DNA from: Balanoglossus misakiensis
Taxonomy: Eukaryota > Animalia > Hemichordata
Assembly (NCBI GenBank): GCA_040954595.2
Contig: CM082576.2
Span: 19,763,028-19,827,027, forward strand
Reading direction: 5' to 3'
Length of the DNA stretch: 64,000 nt
This document shows positions 51,080 to 62,914 of the stretch, one piece after another; positions within the stretch are counted from its first letter, which is position 1; every line of letters starts with the position of its first letter. A model generated the notes under the pieces. It was not told the DNA's origin, did no database searches, and worked only from the letters and a program-made list of their open reading frames with translations. Position numbers and translations under genes: made by a program.

Positions 51080-51477
51080 TTACATTTGTTATTGACAATA
51101 AACTATTTGAATTGAACATAATTGATTTATCCTAGGAGCCAGTATAAGAACATTCACTAATATTGCTGGGTAGTTTTGCTCCCAGACCTCATCGCTATGC
51201 AGCCTAGTGCACTACTGGCAGTATGATTAGGCAAGGAGTATAGCAACTAGCAAGAGTCGCTCTGCCAGCACAGGACACTTGCCCGGTCATGTCCTACCAC
51301 CAGAGGCACATGATTTGCCTTGGCGAAGCAACAAGGTCTGGAACCATCTGTCACCAATCTTTTTGTTTACAAAGGCCATTTTTGAAGCGTGTACCTGAAT
51401 GAGGTTTTTCCTCGTCATGTTTTTTTTTTCTTTATTTTTCTATTTACTTATTTTATTTCAAATACAAGTGTAAATTA

Positions 51478-54400
51478 CTATATTTTGATGCTTATTGCTT
51501 CATGAAAGCTGAAGTATTTTGGTATAACATTTACTGTCACATTTTCTACTCCTTTCACATACACATGATCAATCAATGTATTAGCTTCTGTAGTTGGTTC
51601 GCTTACAGATTGTCTGAAACCATGATCTTCCATGAACTTTACAAGTGATAACCGAGTCAATATATCTTCATTGAAATCACCCATGATCAGTTTGCCTCCT
51701 GGGTATTTTTCCATTGCTTTCACCAAAGAAACCATGCTATTTTTGAATACCTCTGCTTTGTATGATGGTGGTCTGTAAACTACAGCTACTGTAACATTGA
51801 TTTTAGCAACATAAAATGAAATACATTCCAAATTACACACACTCAAATGCAAAATTTCAAAATCACTACATAGTTTGCTATAGACTCCAACACCACCCCG
51901 CTGTTGCAATTGTAGACTTGATGTATTTGTATCAAATTGATTATAGGATTGAGATCGTGGTTGGTGATTGAATTCAAATCCGCTCAATTGTAAATTACAA
52001 TGTGTTCCTTTTTCAGATAACCATGTCTCCGTCAGGCAAATGAAGTCTGCTTCCAAATATTCACTGTCATTGCAAATATCTTTAATGTGATTGACAAGTC
52101 CCTCCACATTATGCAATACAAATGAGCGTGTATAATTACTCTGTTCTGTCTGAATACATTTGGGGAGAAACTTTGGCATTGTTTCCAGGGCTTCTTGGAC
52201 CTTTTCATTGCAATATATGGATGATTTGTTAAAGTCATTAATAATGAGACCATCTAATGATGTCACTCGACTCAATGCCACATATGCCTGTCCTGGTGCA
52301 AACATCTTCTTCAAATTAACAACAGCTTTTTCAACTGTTAATCCCTGCACCTTATGCACTGTACATGCCCAAGCTAGTTTTAAAGGAAACTGCCTCCTAA
52401 TACCACCATTACTTGCAACTGACATTTCCTGGGGTTCTATAAGGGTACTGTTTACTGGAAGGTCAGATATAGTTATAGGCTTCTTTTTACGCAATCCTTG
52501 GCCAACTTTCTCATTATCAAATACAACATAAATGGCAGCTGGAAATTTTTCATTTGGTTTTACTGCAATGTGAAATACTGTGCCAAATACGCCATTCACC
52601 AAACCATCAGCCACATCAATGTTATGTGTCAGTTGTACTCGTGCACCAACAGCTAGAGTAAGAGTCTTTGGCAAAGTTGTCCTGTACACTTTGACGTGGT
52701 GACCTTCCTTTTTTTCTAGTCTTCCACTTTTAGGATTCCTGCTAAAATCTTCTGCTTCAATACAGACAGGATCAGAACATTGAGAATGAAGCATTTCAAC
52801 ATTACAGCTATTAACCTCTGCATTTGTAGCAAAAACATGCATTGCCTCAGATGTTTCACCTGTAACACACTTTTGAAACATTGCCACATCACCAGCATTC
52901 AGTATGTCCCCTTTCTTGTGAACTCTTACTCGATTTAGTGCCTCTGCAAATGCACAGTCTTTCTGTCTCATTATTTCAGTTAATTCTACCATACTGAAAT
53001 TATCATTCCACAGATTGACGGATTCACGGTCTATGCACAGTGGACTTGCTTTTACAGGCGGGAGTTGATAAAAATCACCCACAGCAATAACACAGACATT
53101 CCCAAATGGTGACTCAGCCGATGACTGTTTGATTTGTCGTAGTCTTCCATGAACATAGTACAGTAACTTTTTGTCTACCATAGAAATCTCATCTATTATC
53201 AAAATGTGAAGGTTACCAAACTTGCAACGAAGAGTATTGAGCTTTTCTTCACGCAGTGGCTGATATGGCAGCTTCGAGTCAACAGCTATGGAGAATATAT
53301 GATGAAGAGTTGTTCCTTGTATATTAAATGCCGCGACTCCTGTCGGTGCAGTTAAAGCAATAGAAATTCCATCAACATCTGGCATTGCACGAGCTAGAAT
53401 TCGTTTGGCTTCATGATATATGCTTTTGATTAAGTGACTTTTCCCAGTACCAGCACCACCAGTGACAAACAGATAAAAGGGTTCTGGATTCTTGCCATTG
53501 CTTTTGTCCAAACACCACTTCCTGACAGTGTAAAACACTTCTGCTTGTTTCTTGTTCAAAGATCTACACATTGCTTCAACCTCATATTTTTTCATTGAAT
53601 TTGAAATTTCTACATGACAATCTTCACCTTTGGGTTTTTGTACCAAATCTGGAATATCACTGTCATCCACCGGATCATCATCACAGCACTTTTTACCTTC
53701 TTCAATGCATTCCAATCGTTCTAATTCATTTTCTGGACATATTTGAGCCCATGCATCTTCAAGATGGCCATTCTCATCAAGAAATTGTCCAGCTGCATCA
53801 ATAGCATCAGCCTCTGTTTCAAATAATGCTTTATTGGCATCTACGATCATTTTAACCTTTTCTAAAGAAGCAGAGCCACATTTCACTGCGCCAAGACAAT
53901 AAAAATCCTCAAACGATTCAAATCCACTAGGTTTTAGTTGTGATTCAGTACGATATGGGAGAAACAGTTGTAATATACTGCCATAGTGCTTTTCTGGACA
54001 TTTGGTAACAGAAAATCTAGCATATCTAACAACAGCCCCATCACTTCTAGATCTTTTCTGCATGTAACCAACATCATTTTTCAACTTCACTATTGGACTG
54101 TGGCGTTTTTCATTACTCACATTTTTCATTTCTGATTTTGAAACCACTCTGTATTCAGAACAAAATGTTGCAAGACACATGTTGTCAAAATCTACCCCAT
54201 TTGGTCTGTTCTTGTACCTGTCTACAATGCTATTCATCCATATCTCTTCCTCATCTAAATCATCACCTTTCATTTTCTTCTGAATTGCAGCTAATGGCAG
54301 ACTCATTTTAATTTGATTTTCTCCTGTTGGAATAAACTGAACTTTTCGTGATGATTGTTTCAGTTTCAAACCACATACCCTATACACAGCTTCCTGGGCA

Positions 54401-57400
54401 CTTATTTCCCTGTTGTGCAGATATACACCACCTAACTCTTTCATGGCAGACTTTGCATCCATATTACCTTCTTTGTAAGCCTCTTTCTGTGCATGTTCCA
54501 AGAGTAAACCCATTTCTCTTTCGGCCTTAGAGATGTATGACACAATGTACACAACACAGGCATAAGCATCCACAACAAACTGAATGTCCATATTTGCATT
54601 CCAGCAACGGAGAAGGTTGGCATTATATTGGTTCACCCAAACATCACTTGGCTCACGTTTTAGAACTACACTTGTCTTCTTTGCCAAAATTGCATTTGCT
54701 TGTTCAAACATCTCCTGAGATATGCCAACTGCATTTAACAAATCATCAATAGTATCAATTTGTTTCTCTTTGTCACACAGGCATGTCCACACTCGTTCTA
54801 AAATTTGTCTAGCCTTCTTCTGAACCAATACTGTATCATCCAACTCAGGCAAACTATTTTCAAATTCACTTTCCAGTGATGTAGACATTTGATCATCCTT
54901 ACACTGATCGTCATCTGTTACCTCTATACCGGTATCTATGCTGACAGAAGGGTGGCATATAAAGGTTTTGTTTGAAGGAGGTCGAGGAAAGTTGAATCGA
55001 CATGTAGTACCCTTTTTCTTGCAAGATTTTGAATGCCTTGAGCTGTGTTTCTGGACTGTTTTCACAATCTCATGCATTACCTCATCCTCTTCTATAGAAG
55101 GCATTTCACATGTTACATATCTGTCAACAAACTCAACAACATCTTCATCAGAATCTTTGTCCACTTTTGGGGCATTTTCAACCCAAAACAAACAGTGAGT
55201 GTGTGGTGATCCACGCTGCTGAAACTCAACTCGATAAAAATAATCTTTGATCTTCCCAATTGGACTAGCTGGTGACATTATTACCTCATTCAAGAAACAA
55301 TGGAATCTATGATCAAACATTCTTGCTGCTGTTACGGGATTTCGTCTCAAGATACCACATTTCTCAGACCAATCGAGATCCTCAGCATTACGTACATCAC
55401 CTTCTTCACGTAGGATAGTCTCAATTACTTCTTTCCACCTTAAGTCAGCAGCAGAAAATGAGCAGAACCATGTTGGTATACCTAACTGTCTGATCATTGC
55501 AAACAAATCTTTCTGTGTAGCTTGCCAATAAGGAGGAGTTCCTCGTACTGGTTTTAGAAACTTGTAGCCTTCATCACACTTCAATATCTCTCTCAAAGAA
55601 TCCCCATCAGTCAGAACATCAGATGTCACCTTTTTGCCACAAGCGTTGGCAGTTCCTTTTCTCAAAGCGATTGACACATTTGATACAACCTGGTCAAGTT
55701 CTGAACGATATTGTGCATAAAATATATAGTCTGTGCTTCTGGCAAACCTGTTACTTGCATTCAATAGACGACTCTGCAGGTATCGCCCTATTGTTATCTT
55801 AACCTCTCGGTCATCGTGAAATGTTGGTGACCCAGTTGGGAATATCACAGGAAAGCACTTCGCTTCATTGAACTTTTCCATCAACACTCTAACAGGTTTA
55901 TTATCCTCACCAGGAGCAACACAAGCGATATCGTCAAAGTGATAATCCAGAATATCCTGACCAATGTCAACTGGTTGAAAGCATGTGTCCATGAATATTC
56001 CATTTGTATCTCTATCAGGTTCATTTCCATCTTCTGTGTCTGATGCTACATCATTGCCTTCAGTATCTAACAATTTTCCCTCAGTGTTTCCATTACTTTC
56101 ACCATCAGATTTTTCTTCAGTCTTTTCAAGAGTATTTTCCCAAGTGAGATTGAAATTTACATCATTATACCACATGTTACTCTTCTTTAGGTATTCCAGT
56201 GCATTTTGAATGTGTCCTTTGTTTACAAATTGATACTCATAACAACCTTTATAACTTAATTTCCGCTTCAATTTCACCTTTATCATCTGGTCATCCAATT
56301 CACCTCTAGGCAAAATACTTGTGGATTTTTCTATATTAGATGGAACACACACAACAGGTCCATGAACACCATTTTGTCCACCTCTTGGCAGAGCCATCAT
56401 TTTCATGAAAGGAATATGCAGTGCAATTAAATGTTGCTCTAAAGAATTCAGACATTTTAATTCATCAGGGATTGGTTTGACATCAAGATTGTTTGCAGCA
56501 GCTTGAACAGGCATCTCTGCACGCAATAGTTTGCTATGGCATGTGTGACAAATCCATAATTTACTAGCTGCACTGCTCTTAAGGGGACAATCAACAATAC
56601 ATAATTCACTACAGTTGTGTACATACTCTTGTGTTATGCATTTGTTGGCATTCATTTCACAAAGACCTCCCTTAGAGACATAGTTATCCATCTTACAAAC
56701 AAGGACCTGCCTTCTAAAAAGTCGCCGATGACAAACTGAACATACACAATTTGGCCCAACTGAAATCTGATTCTGGAAATCAATTATAACACGCTCTATA
56801 TTTCCCTTTTCAATCTTTGTCACTTTCCTCTCAGTACGTCTTCTCTCCAGTACAGTTTGTTTATAAACGTGATCCTGTTGGTAACGTTCCAAACATTTTT
56901 TTTGGGTCCGGTTTTGAAACTCTTCATCTCTGTTATACTTGTCAAGAAATTGTGCTGCATTCTGACTTTTTTTGTGTTCTCGGAACTTCTGGTCGTTTTG
57001 GAACTTGTTAGCAAATACTGCTGCAGTCTGTCTCTTCTTATGTTCTCGAAACTCCAGATCTTTTTTGTACTTGTCAACACATTGTGCTGCACTCTGTCTC
57101 TTCTTTTGTTCTCGGAATGTCTGATCTTTTTTGTACTTGTCCACACATTGTGCTGCACTCTGTCTCTTCTTTTGTTCTCGGAATGTCTGATCTTTTTTGT
57201 ACTTGTCAACACATTGTGCTGCACTATGTCTCTTCTTTTGTTCTCGGAATGTCTGATCTTTTTTGTACTTGTCAACACATTGTGCTGCACTATGTCTCTT
57301 CTTTTGTTCTCGGAATGTCTGATCTTTTTTGTACTTGTCAACACATTGTGCTGCACTATGTCTCTTCTTTTGTTCTCGGAATGTCTGATCTTTTTTGTAC

Positions 57401-59052
57401 TTGTCAACACATTGTCTCTTCTTTTGTTCTCGGAACGTCTGATCTTTTTTGTACTTGTCAACACATTGTACTGCACTCTCACTCTTCTTGTGCTCTCTGT
57501 ATAGTGGAACTTTTTCATATTTTGCCAAACATTGTTCTGCACATACAGTTTTCTGTACTTCACGAAATACTAGGTCATGATCGTATCTTCCTGCAAGTCT
57601 ACGTTTTTTGTTCTCTCTGTACAGTACATCTTCATGATATCTCTTTCTTCTAACCGATTTTATATTGTATCTATATTCACAATTAGTCTGATAGCGTTCA
57701 TATTCTTTAGCTGCTTTAGAGCTCTTCAGACTACTGGGTACATTTAATTGATTCAATTTACCTCTTTCACTTTCATACTTTTCACGCCTGAGTTTCTTTT
57801 TCAGCCGTTCACCCATGGCTCTTCCACGTTTCTCACCTCTTACTGGTGCAAGACACGGAAGTTTTTCATGTGTTGCAAAAACGTCATCCAAATGGAACTC
57901 TTTTTTCAAACCAATCTGTTTTGAACGCTCATTGTCTGTCACATCCATGCGCTCTCCAGTTACATTTTCAATAGGGACAACTTCATTGCAATCAATGTGT
58001 GTACAATGACAGGTTTCCAACTGTGGTGTCTTCACACACTCTACAACTTCATAATGGTTTCTATTGCGATGGTTCAGGTATATACCAACACCTCTATCAA
58101 CATTATTTTTATTGATTAAATTACAAGAATGTTTCCACCAACTATCAAAACTGTACACAAAAATATTCACATTGAAGAGATTTGTAGTGGCAAGGATTTC
58201 AGTTTCTGTAGCCCATGTTCCTAGACAATCCATTCGAGACTTCTCAATATAATCAGCAACTGATGTATATCCATCTAACCTTACCCAGCCTGAATATACT
58301 TCCTCATTGGCTTTCAAGTGATTCACAATAGCCGTTCGAATTACTCCATGATTTCGCTCAGTCCCACTTATACAATATGACAAGGACCTAAAAAAACAGT
58401 TACCATCACCAATTATTGATTTGTAATTACATGGGTCTCCAATTGTAACACTTCCAAGTTTATTTAAAATATCAATTTTATTTTTATCTACAATATCAAA
58501 TTTGCAACACAGCTGTTCACATACATCAGAAGTAAGTGGAGAGAATGAATAAACACTGTCCTCTGTTCCACTACCAATATATAGGTCGTCCGATGAATCA
58601 TTGTCAAGACTATTTTGTTGCAGAATTTCATTACTTCCTTCAGTCTTATCAACACTTTGATTTTCAGTCTCAAATATCTCATTGTTGACTTTTGAACTTT
58701 CATTTTCTCTGTCACTTTTTCTGATTTTATCCATATTCCTGTTTTTAGAGAGGGCAGGCCCCTCTTTGAATTCATTTCTATTCCTGTTTTTAGAGAGGGC
58801 AGGCCCCTCTTTGAATTCATTATTATTCCTGTTTTTAGAGAGGGCAGGCCCCTCTTTGATTTCATTTCTATTCCTGTTTTTAGAGAGGGCAGGCCCCTCT
58901 TTGAATTCATTTCTATTCCTGTTTTTAGAGAGGGCAGGCCCCTCTTTGTGCTCTATAGCTATCCTGTTTTTCAAGAGGACAGGATCCTCAGACACAACAG
59001 CATCTTCATTCTTCTGACTCCTCTTCTTCCTCCAGTATCTACTGCGTGGCAT
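51478..59052 (-). CDS. Helentron (Helitron2/HLE2) RepHel transposase: OTU protease - Zn finger - HUH Rep - Pif1 helicase - AP-like (EEP) endonuclease, 2,524 aa
   Basis: Uninterrupted ORF. OTU GDGNCFFRSL...WAT...NHYE; Rep VEFQQRGSPHTHCLFW and YIVSYISKAE; helicase GGAGTGKS, IIDEISMV, GDFYQLPPV, HKVQGLT, YVALSRV; EEP LTETWL, VYRPP, GDFNED, IDHVYV. ATG at 59052 directly follows a TTGTTCCAG acceptor. Confidence 0.96.
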   Translation of the reverse strand: MPRSRYWRKKRSQKNEDAVVSEDPVLLKNRIAIEHKEGPALSKNRNRNEFKEGPALSKNRNRNEIKEGPALSKNRNNNEFKEGPALSKNRNRNEFKEGPALSKNRNMDKIRKSDRENESSKVNNEIFETENQSVDKTEGSNEILQQNSLDNDSSDDLYIGSGTEDSVYSFSPLTSDVCEQLCCKFDIVDKNKIDILNKLGSVTIGDPCNYKSIIGDGNCFFRSLSYCISGTERNHGVIRTAIVNHLKANEEVYSGWVRLDGYTSVADYIEKSRMDCLGTWATETEILATTNLFNVNIFVYSFDSWWKHSCNLINKNNVDRGVGIYLNHRNRNHYEVVECVKTPQLETCHCTHIDCNEVVPIENVTGERMDVTDNERSKQIGLKKEFHLDDVFATHEKLPCLAPVRGEKRGRAMGERLKKKLRREKYESERGKLNQLNVPSSLKSSKAAKEYERYQTNCEYRYNIKSVRRKRYHEDVLYRENKKRRLAGRYDHDLVFREVQKTVCAEQCLAKYEKVPLYREHKKSESAVQCVDKYKKDQTFREQKKRQCVDKYKKDQTFREQKKRHSAAQCVDKYKKDQTFREQKKRHSAAQCVDKYKKDQTFREQKKRHSAAQCVDKYKKDQTFREQKKRQSAAQCVDKYKKDQTFREQKKRQSAAQCVDKYKKDLEFREHKKRQTAAVFANKFQNDQKFREHKKSQNAAQFLDKYNRDEEFQNRTQKKCLERYQQDHVYKQTVLERRRTERKVTKIEKGNIERVIIDFQNQISVGPNCVCSVCHRRLFRRQVLVCKMDNYVSKGGLCEMNANKCITQEYVHNCSELCIVDCPLKSSAASKLWICHTCHSKLLRAEMPVQAAANNLDVKPIPDELKCLNSLEQHLIALHIPFMKMMALPRGGQNGVHGPVVCVPSNIEKSTSILPRGELDDQMIKVKLKRKLSYKGCYEYQFVNKGHIQNALEYLKKSNMWYNDVNFNLTWENTLEKTEEKSDGESNGNTEGKLLDTEGNDVASDTEDGNEPDRDTNGIFMDTCFQPVDIGQDILDYHFDDIACVAPGEDNKPVRVLMEKFNEAKCFPVIFPTGSPTFHDDREVKITIGRYLQSRLLNASNRFARSTDYIFYAQYRSELDQVVSNVSIALRKGTANACGKKVTSDVLTDGDSLREILKCDEGYKFLKPVRGTPPYWQATQKDLFAMIRQLGIPTWFCSFSAADLRWKEVIETILREEGDVRNAEDLDWSEKCGILRRNPVTAARMFDHRFHCFLNEVIMSPASPIGKIKDYFYRVEFQQRGSPHTHCLFWVENAPKVDKDSDEDVVEFVDRYVTCEMPSIEEDEVMHEIVKTVQKHSSRHSKSCKKKGTTCRFNFPRPPSNKTFICHPSVSIDTGIEVTDDDQCKDDQMSTSLESEFENSLPELDDTVLVQKKARQILERVWTCLCDKEKQIDTIDDLLNAVGISQEMFEQANAILAKKTSVVLKREPSDVWVNQYNANLLRCWNANMDIQFVVDAYACVVYIVSYISKAEREMGLLLEHAQKEAYKEGNMDAKSAMKELGGVYLHNREISAQEAVYRVCGLKLKQSSRKVQFIPTGENQIKMSLPLAAIQKKMKGDDLDEEEIWMNSIVDRYKNRPNGVDFDNMCLATFCSEYRVVSKSEMKNVSNEKRHSPIVKLKNDVGYMQKRSRSDGAVVRYARFSVTKCPEKHYGSILQLFLPYRTESQLKPSGFESFEDFYCLGAVKCGSASLEKVKMIVDANKALFETEADAIDAAGQFLDENGHLEDAWAQICPENELERLECIEEGKKCCDDDPVDDSDIPDLVQKPKGEDCHVEISNSMKKYEVEAMCRSLNKKQAEVFYTVRKWCLDKSNGKNPEPFYLFVTGGAGTGKSHLIKSIYHEAKRILARAMPDVDGISIALTAPTGVAAFNIQGTTLHHIFSIAVDSKLPYQPLREEKLNTLRCKFGNLHILIIDEISMVDKKLLYYVHGRLRQIKQSSAESPFGNVCVIAVGDFYQLPPVKASPLCIDRESVNLWNDNFSMVELTEIMRQKDCAFAEALNRVRVHKKGDILNAGDVAMFQKCVTGETSEAMHVFATNAEVNSCNVEMLHSQCSDPVCIEAEDFSRNPKSGRLEKKEGHHVKVYRTTLPKTLTLAVGARVQLTHNIDVADGLVNGVFGTVFHIAVKPNEKFPAAIYVVFDNEKVGQGLRKKKPITISDLPVNSTLIEPQEMSVASNGGIRRQFPLKLAWACTVHKVQGLTVEKAVVNLKKMFAPGQAYVALSRVTSLDGLIINDFNKSSIYCNEKVQEALETMPKFLPKCIQTEQSNYTRSFVLHNVEGLVNHIKDICNDSEYLEADFICLTETWLSEKGTHCNLQLSGFEFNHQPRSQSYNQFDTNTSSLQLQQRGGVGVYSKLCSDFEILHLSVCNLECISFYVAKINVTVAVVYRPPSYKAEVFKNSMVSLVKAMEKYPGGKLIMGDFNEDILTRLSLVKFMEDHGFRQSVSEPTTEANTLIDHVYVKGVENVTVNVIPKYFSFHEAISIKI
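57030..57500 (-). repeat. In-frame 66-bp (22-aa) tandem repeat in RepHel
   Basis: AAQCVDKYKKDQTFREQKKR(H/Q)S, about 7 copies plus degenerate flanking copies. Confidence 0.92.
58737..58948 (-). repeat. In-frame 45-bp (15-aa) tandem repeat in the RepHel N-terminus
   Basis: EGPALSKNRNRNEFK, about 5 copies. Confidence 0.92.
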
Positions 59053-59443
59053 CTGGAACAAAGCAAATATACTGTCTAGTTAGGTTTTTACTATCCTTTC
59101 ACCACCAGACTTCAGATAACCGTCTCATCAAATCACATCACTAGTGATTATAACCAGTAAAAAGTAGTGGAACTTTTAACAGACAGAAGTGATTTATAGA
59201 AAGTAAGTCCGAACAAAGTTGTAATTCAACAGCAACACATAATACACACATATCCCCATGCCTGTATACAAATAGACACATATACACACAAAGTATCACA
59301 GACACACTTTTTTTCTGCTGGAAAACAGGATAAGGCTTAAATCCTGACCCCTGTATGACCTAACATTCTGGCATTCACATTGGAATTTGCTCAGACAAAT
59401 CTCAGATATGAGTATAATTTTCTTTAAAAATAATTTCCGCTAT

Positions 59444-60720
59444 TTAGCAATATCAAGTCCAAGTACGATAGGCATACATGTATGAATTTGCACAGACATA
59501 AACAAATACACGGACACCCCAACATCCACCGTGTACAACCAAATAAGGCTTCAGACCTGACCTTGAATGACCCGACATTTTCCCATTTACGTTGCAATGT
59601 ACTCAGCCAAATCTGAATAAAATTTCACTTCAAAATCATTTCCACCAGTTAGCAATATCAAGTCCAAGTACGATAGGCATACATGTATGAATTTGCACAG
59701 ACATAAACAAATACACGGACACCCCAACATCCACCGTGTACAACCAAATAAGGCTTCAGACCTGACCCTGAATGACCAAACATTTTCCCATTTACGTTGC
59801 AATGTACTCAGCCAAATCTGAATAAAATTTCAGTTCAAAACCATTTCCACCAGTCAGCAATATCAAGTCCAAGTACGATAGGCATACATGTATGAATTTG
59901 CACAGACATAAACAAATACACGGACACCCCAACATCCACCGTGTACAACCAAATAAGGCTTCAGACCTGACCCTGAATGACCCGACATTTTCCCATTTAC
60001 GTTGCAATGTACTCAGCCAAATCTGAATAAAATTTCACTTCAAAATCATTTCCACCAGTTAGCAATATCAAGTCCAAGTACGATAGGCATACATGTATGA
60101 ATTTGCACAGACATAAACAAATACACGGACACCCCAACATCCACCGTGTACAACCAAAAAAGGCTTCAGACCTGACCCTGAATGACCCGACATTTTCCCA
60201 TTTACGTTGCAATGTACTCAGCCAAATCTGAATAAAATTTCACTTCAAAATCATTTCCACCAGTTAGCAATATCAAGTCCAAGTACGATAGGCATACATG
60301 TATGAATTTGCACAGACATAAACAAATACACGGACACCCCAACATCCACCGTGTACAACCAAATAAGGCTTCAGACCTGACCCTGAATGACCAAACATTT
60401 TCCCATTTACGTTGCAATGTACTCAGCCAAATCTGAATAAAATTTCACTTCAAAATCATTTCCACCAGTTAGCAGAATCAAGTCCAAGTACGATAGGCAT
60501 ACATGTATGAATTTGCACAGATAGAAACAAATACACGGACACCCCAACATCCACCGTGTACAACCAAATAAGGCTTCAGACCTGACCCTGAATGACCAAA
60601 CATTTTCCCATTTACGTTGCAATGTACTCAGCCAAATCTGAATAAAATTTCACTTCAAAACCATTTCCACCTGTCAGTAATATCAAGTCCAAGTACAATG
60701 ACAAGCATACATGTATGCAT
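59444..60720. repeat. 205-bp tandem array, six full units plus a partial unit, upstream of RepHel
   Basis: Unit starts at 59444, 59649, 59854, 60059, 60264, 60469, 60674; few substitutions; diverged unit-like sequence on both flanks (about 59330, about 60795). Confidence 0.95.
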
Positions 60721-62539
60721 TCATACAGACACACACACAGACAAATACACACACAGTATTCACTGACACCGCATTTCCCTCCTGAAGAACCTGATAAGGC
60801 TTGAATCCTGACCCCTGTACGACCTTACATCCTGGAATTTTCATTATGTACTCATACAAATCACATAACGATTGTTATAGACCTGATTTACACTTAGCAA
60901 TTTAATATACAAGTTCAATAACAAGGCAGGGATATCAAGAAACACACATCATACCAATGTTTTATTGAAGCCACTGTTGTAAGAAATGGCACTATCTAAT
61001 GGTCTTAACACCACATAGCACAATGATTGTGCTGCACATACAAGTCCCTTCCTTTCTGATGTATTCAATAAACACCATTTCTATGAACTATTACAATATG
61101 TTTTTCTTCCGTCACCCCTGAATAACAAATTCAAAGAAATGGGCTAGTGCTTTTACATGTTAACAGACGGTGCATGGAAGTGGACAATCATCCTATCTGA
61201 TATTAAACCACAGTGTGACTGATAGTAGAACTAAGCAATTCCTCCGCAAATGATTTAAAAGGCTAATTCACATTTGACACAATGCACACCTGAGTGTGTT
61301 AATCTATGATACTATGCACTGTTGTGCACCAACACTCACCTTGAAAACTCTTTGGTAGCCAAAATCTGTCAAGAAAATAAAAAAAACCTGTTTAATTAAC
61401 TAATTAACTATAAATTTATATTTAAACTAGTACATGAAAATATACAATTGCCTACAAACAGGATAACAATTAACAATAAATTCACTGCCAAGCTTGTGAT
61501 ATTCAGAAATTCATATCTTGATCACAGTTTCCATACAAATGGCACATACAGGTTACCACAGATTGATAACATAACTTGTCTTGCCCACAACATAGTTTCA
61601 TGGCATCAAAATATGTTAACAAGTCAATTGTTCTTTTCATGCTCCTGCCAGATTCCATTGTCTATGTTTTGGCACACCTGTCACCACCAGAAAGCATACA
61701 CACTAAAGACAGTGGTCACCAAAAATATTTGGCCAATTCTCCGCTTGTCCCCACATTTTTACATACAACCAAAATGTCAAATAATCCAGCAATGTTTCTG
61801 TTTTGTACTCACACAGATCGTTCAATATTTGAAGCAAAATTCCTTTCAATTATCAAAAAACAAATCGATTTAACTGATAAAAATTACAATGATTACCCCT
61901 GGGCTTTTGATCACATAAACATACAATATTCACAGAAATAAATGCAGTATTTACGTATTTGGAAAAGCCAATCCATAAATACCACACAGTTTATTTTTTT
62001 TACAACTACACATCCGAGAAATAATACTTTACCAACGCTTGTACGTAACATACGCATGACACACCGATCGCCCGAATTCTACACTTCCGGTCACGAGATT
62101 CGCTTGCCTAAACCCTTTCCAGTCTAAATAATCATTTGTACATTGACTGCAAAAAGAAGCTTATCTCGTAATTTCAACTTGAATGGAACGCACTAGAAAC
62201 TCTGATTTACCCAGCCTCTAATTGTTCTATTTAATCCAGCGAACTCCACCATCTCAACATATATAACATTTGCCAAAACATGCATGCTTACGGTACCATG
62301 GATTCTTTACATACAATAAGCAATCTCGACATGTTACGATAGCCGCCATATTGGATTTAGCTCGAGACGAAAATACAAAACATCTTACAAAACTGCCATC
62401 GTCTCACAAACAAACAAAATCACACTACCATTGGTTAAACAACAACTTCATAACCAACACCACCAAGTATTATACGTTCAAACCACCGATTCTCTCATTC
62501 GTACCACATTTAAAAACTGCATGTAATTGTATACGTGTT

Positions 62540-62865
62540 ACTCACCGGATTCAGGTCAACGCCTCTGCTGGAGTCAGATTCGTTTTCGGATTCAAGTGCG
62601 TAGGATGAAGTTGCTTTCAGATTCATACCCCATAGACGTGTTGGGTTAACACTCCGTTTATACAGCTCAATATATTGGTATATCTATACCTGTTGCATCC
62701 TCTTCACAGTTAACAAATGTAATATACAGATCTGTTCACTTAAATAAAGATATGTTTATAGCCAAACAAATACCTCTGTCAAAACTTTCACTGATTGAGA
62801 TGAACATTTTCAACTATTTACAACCAATCCACACATCACTAGTGACTAATTAACCAATCACTAAT
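62540..62865 (-). promoter_or_regulatory. Putative RepHel promoter and non-coding first exon
   Basis: Minus-strand TATAAA at 62657-62662, CCAAT boxes near 62824 and 62854, and a CCG|GTGAGT donor at 62545. An upstream exon is expected because the ORF's ATG sits right after a splice acceptor. Confidence 0.4.
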
Positions 62866-62914
62866 AATGTGTCCATTCTAACTTTGTATTTCACCCTCAA
62901 CTACTGCATGTGTA

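Noticed and set aside
51171-51350. Possible small MITE (CCAGACC...GGTCTGG)
   Set aside because: Inverted match too short and no TSD.
56820-57653. Overlapping alternative-frame and antisense repeat ORFs (also 58488-59017)
   Set aside because: Shadows of the 66-bp and 45-bp in-frame repeats of RepHel.
59587-60622. Five copies of a 71-aa ORF
   Set aside because: Artefact of the 205-bp unit; non-ATG (TTG) starts and no recognisable domain.
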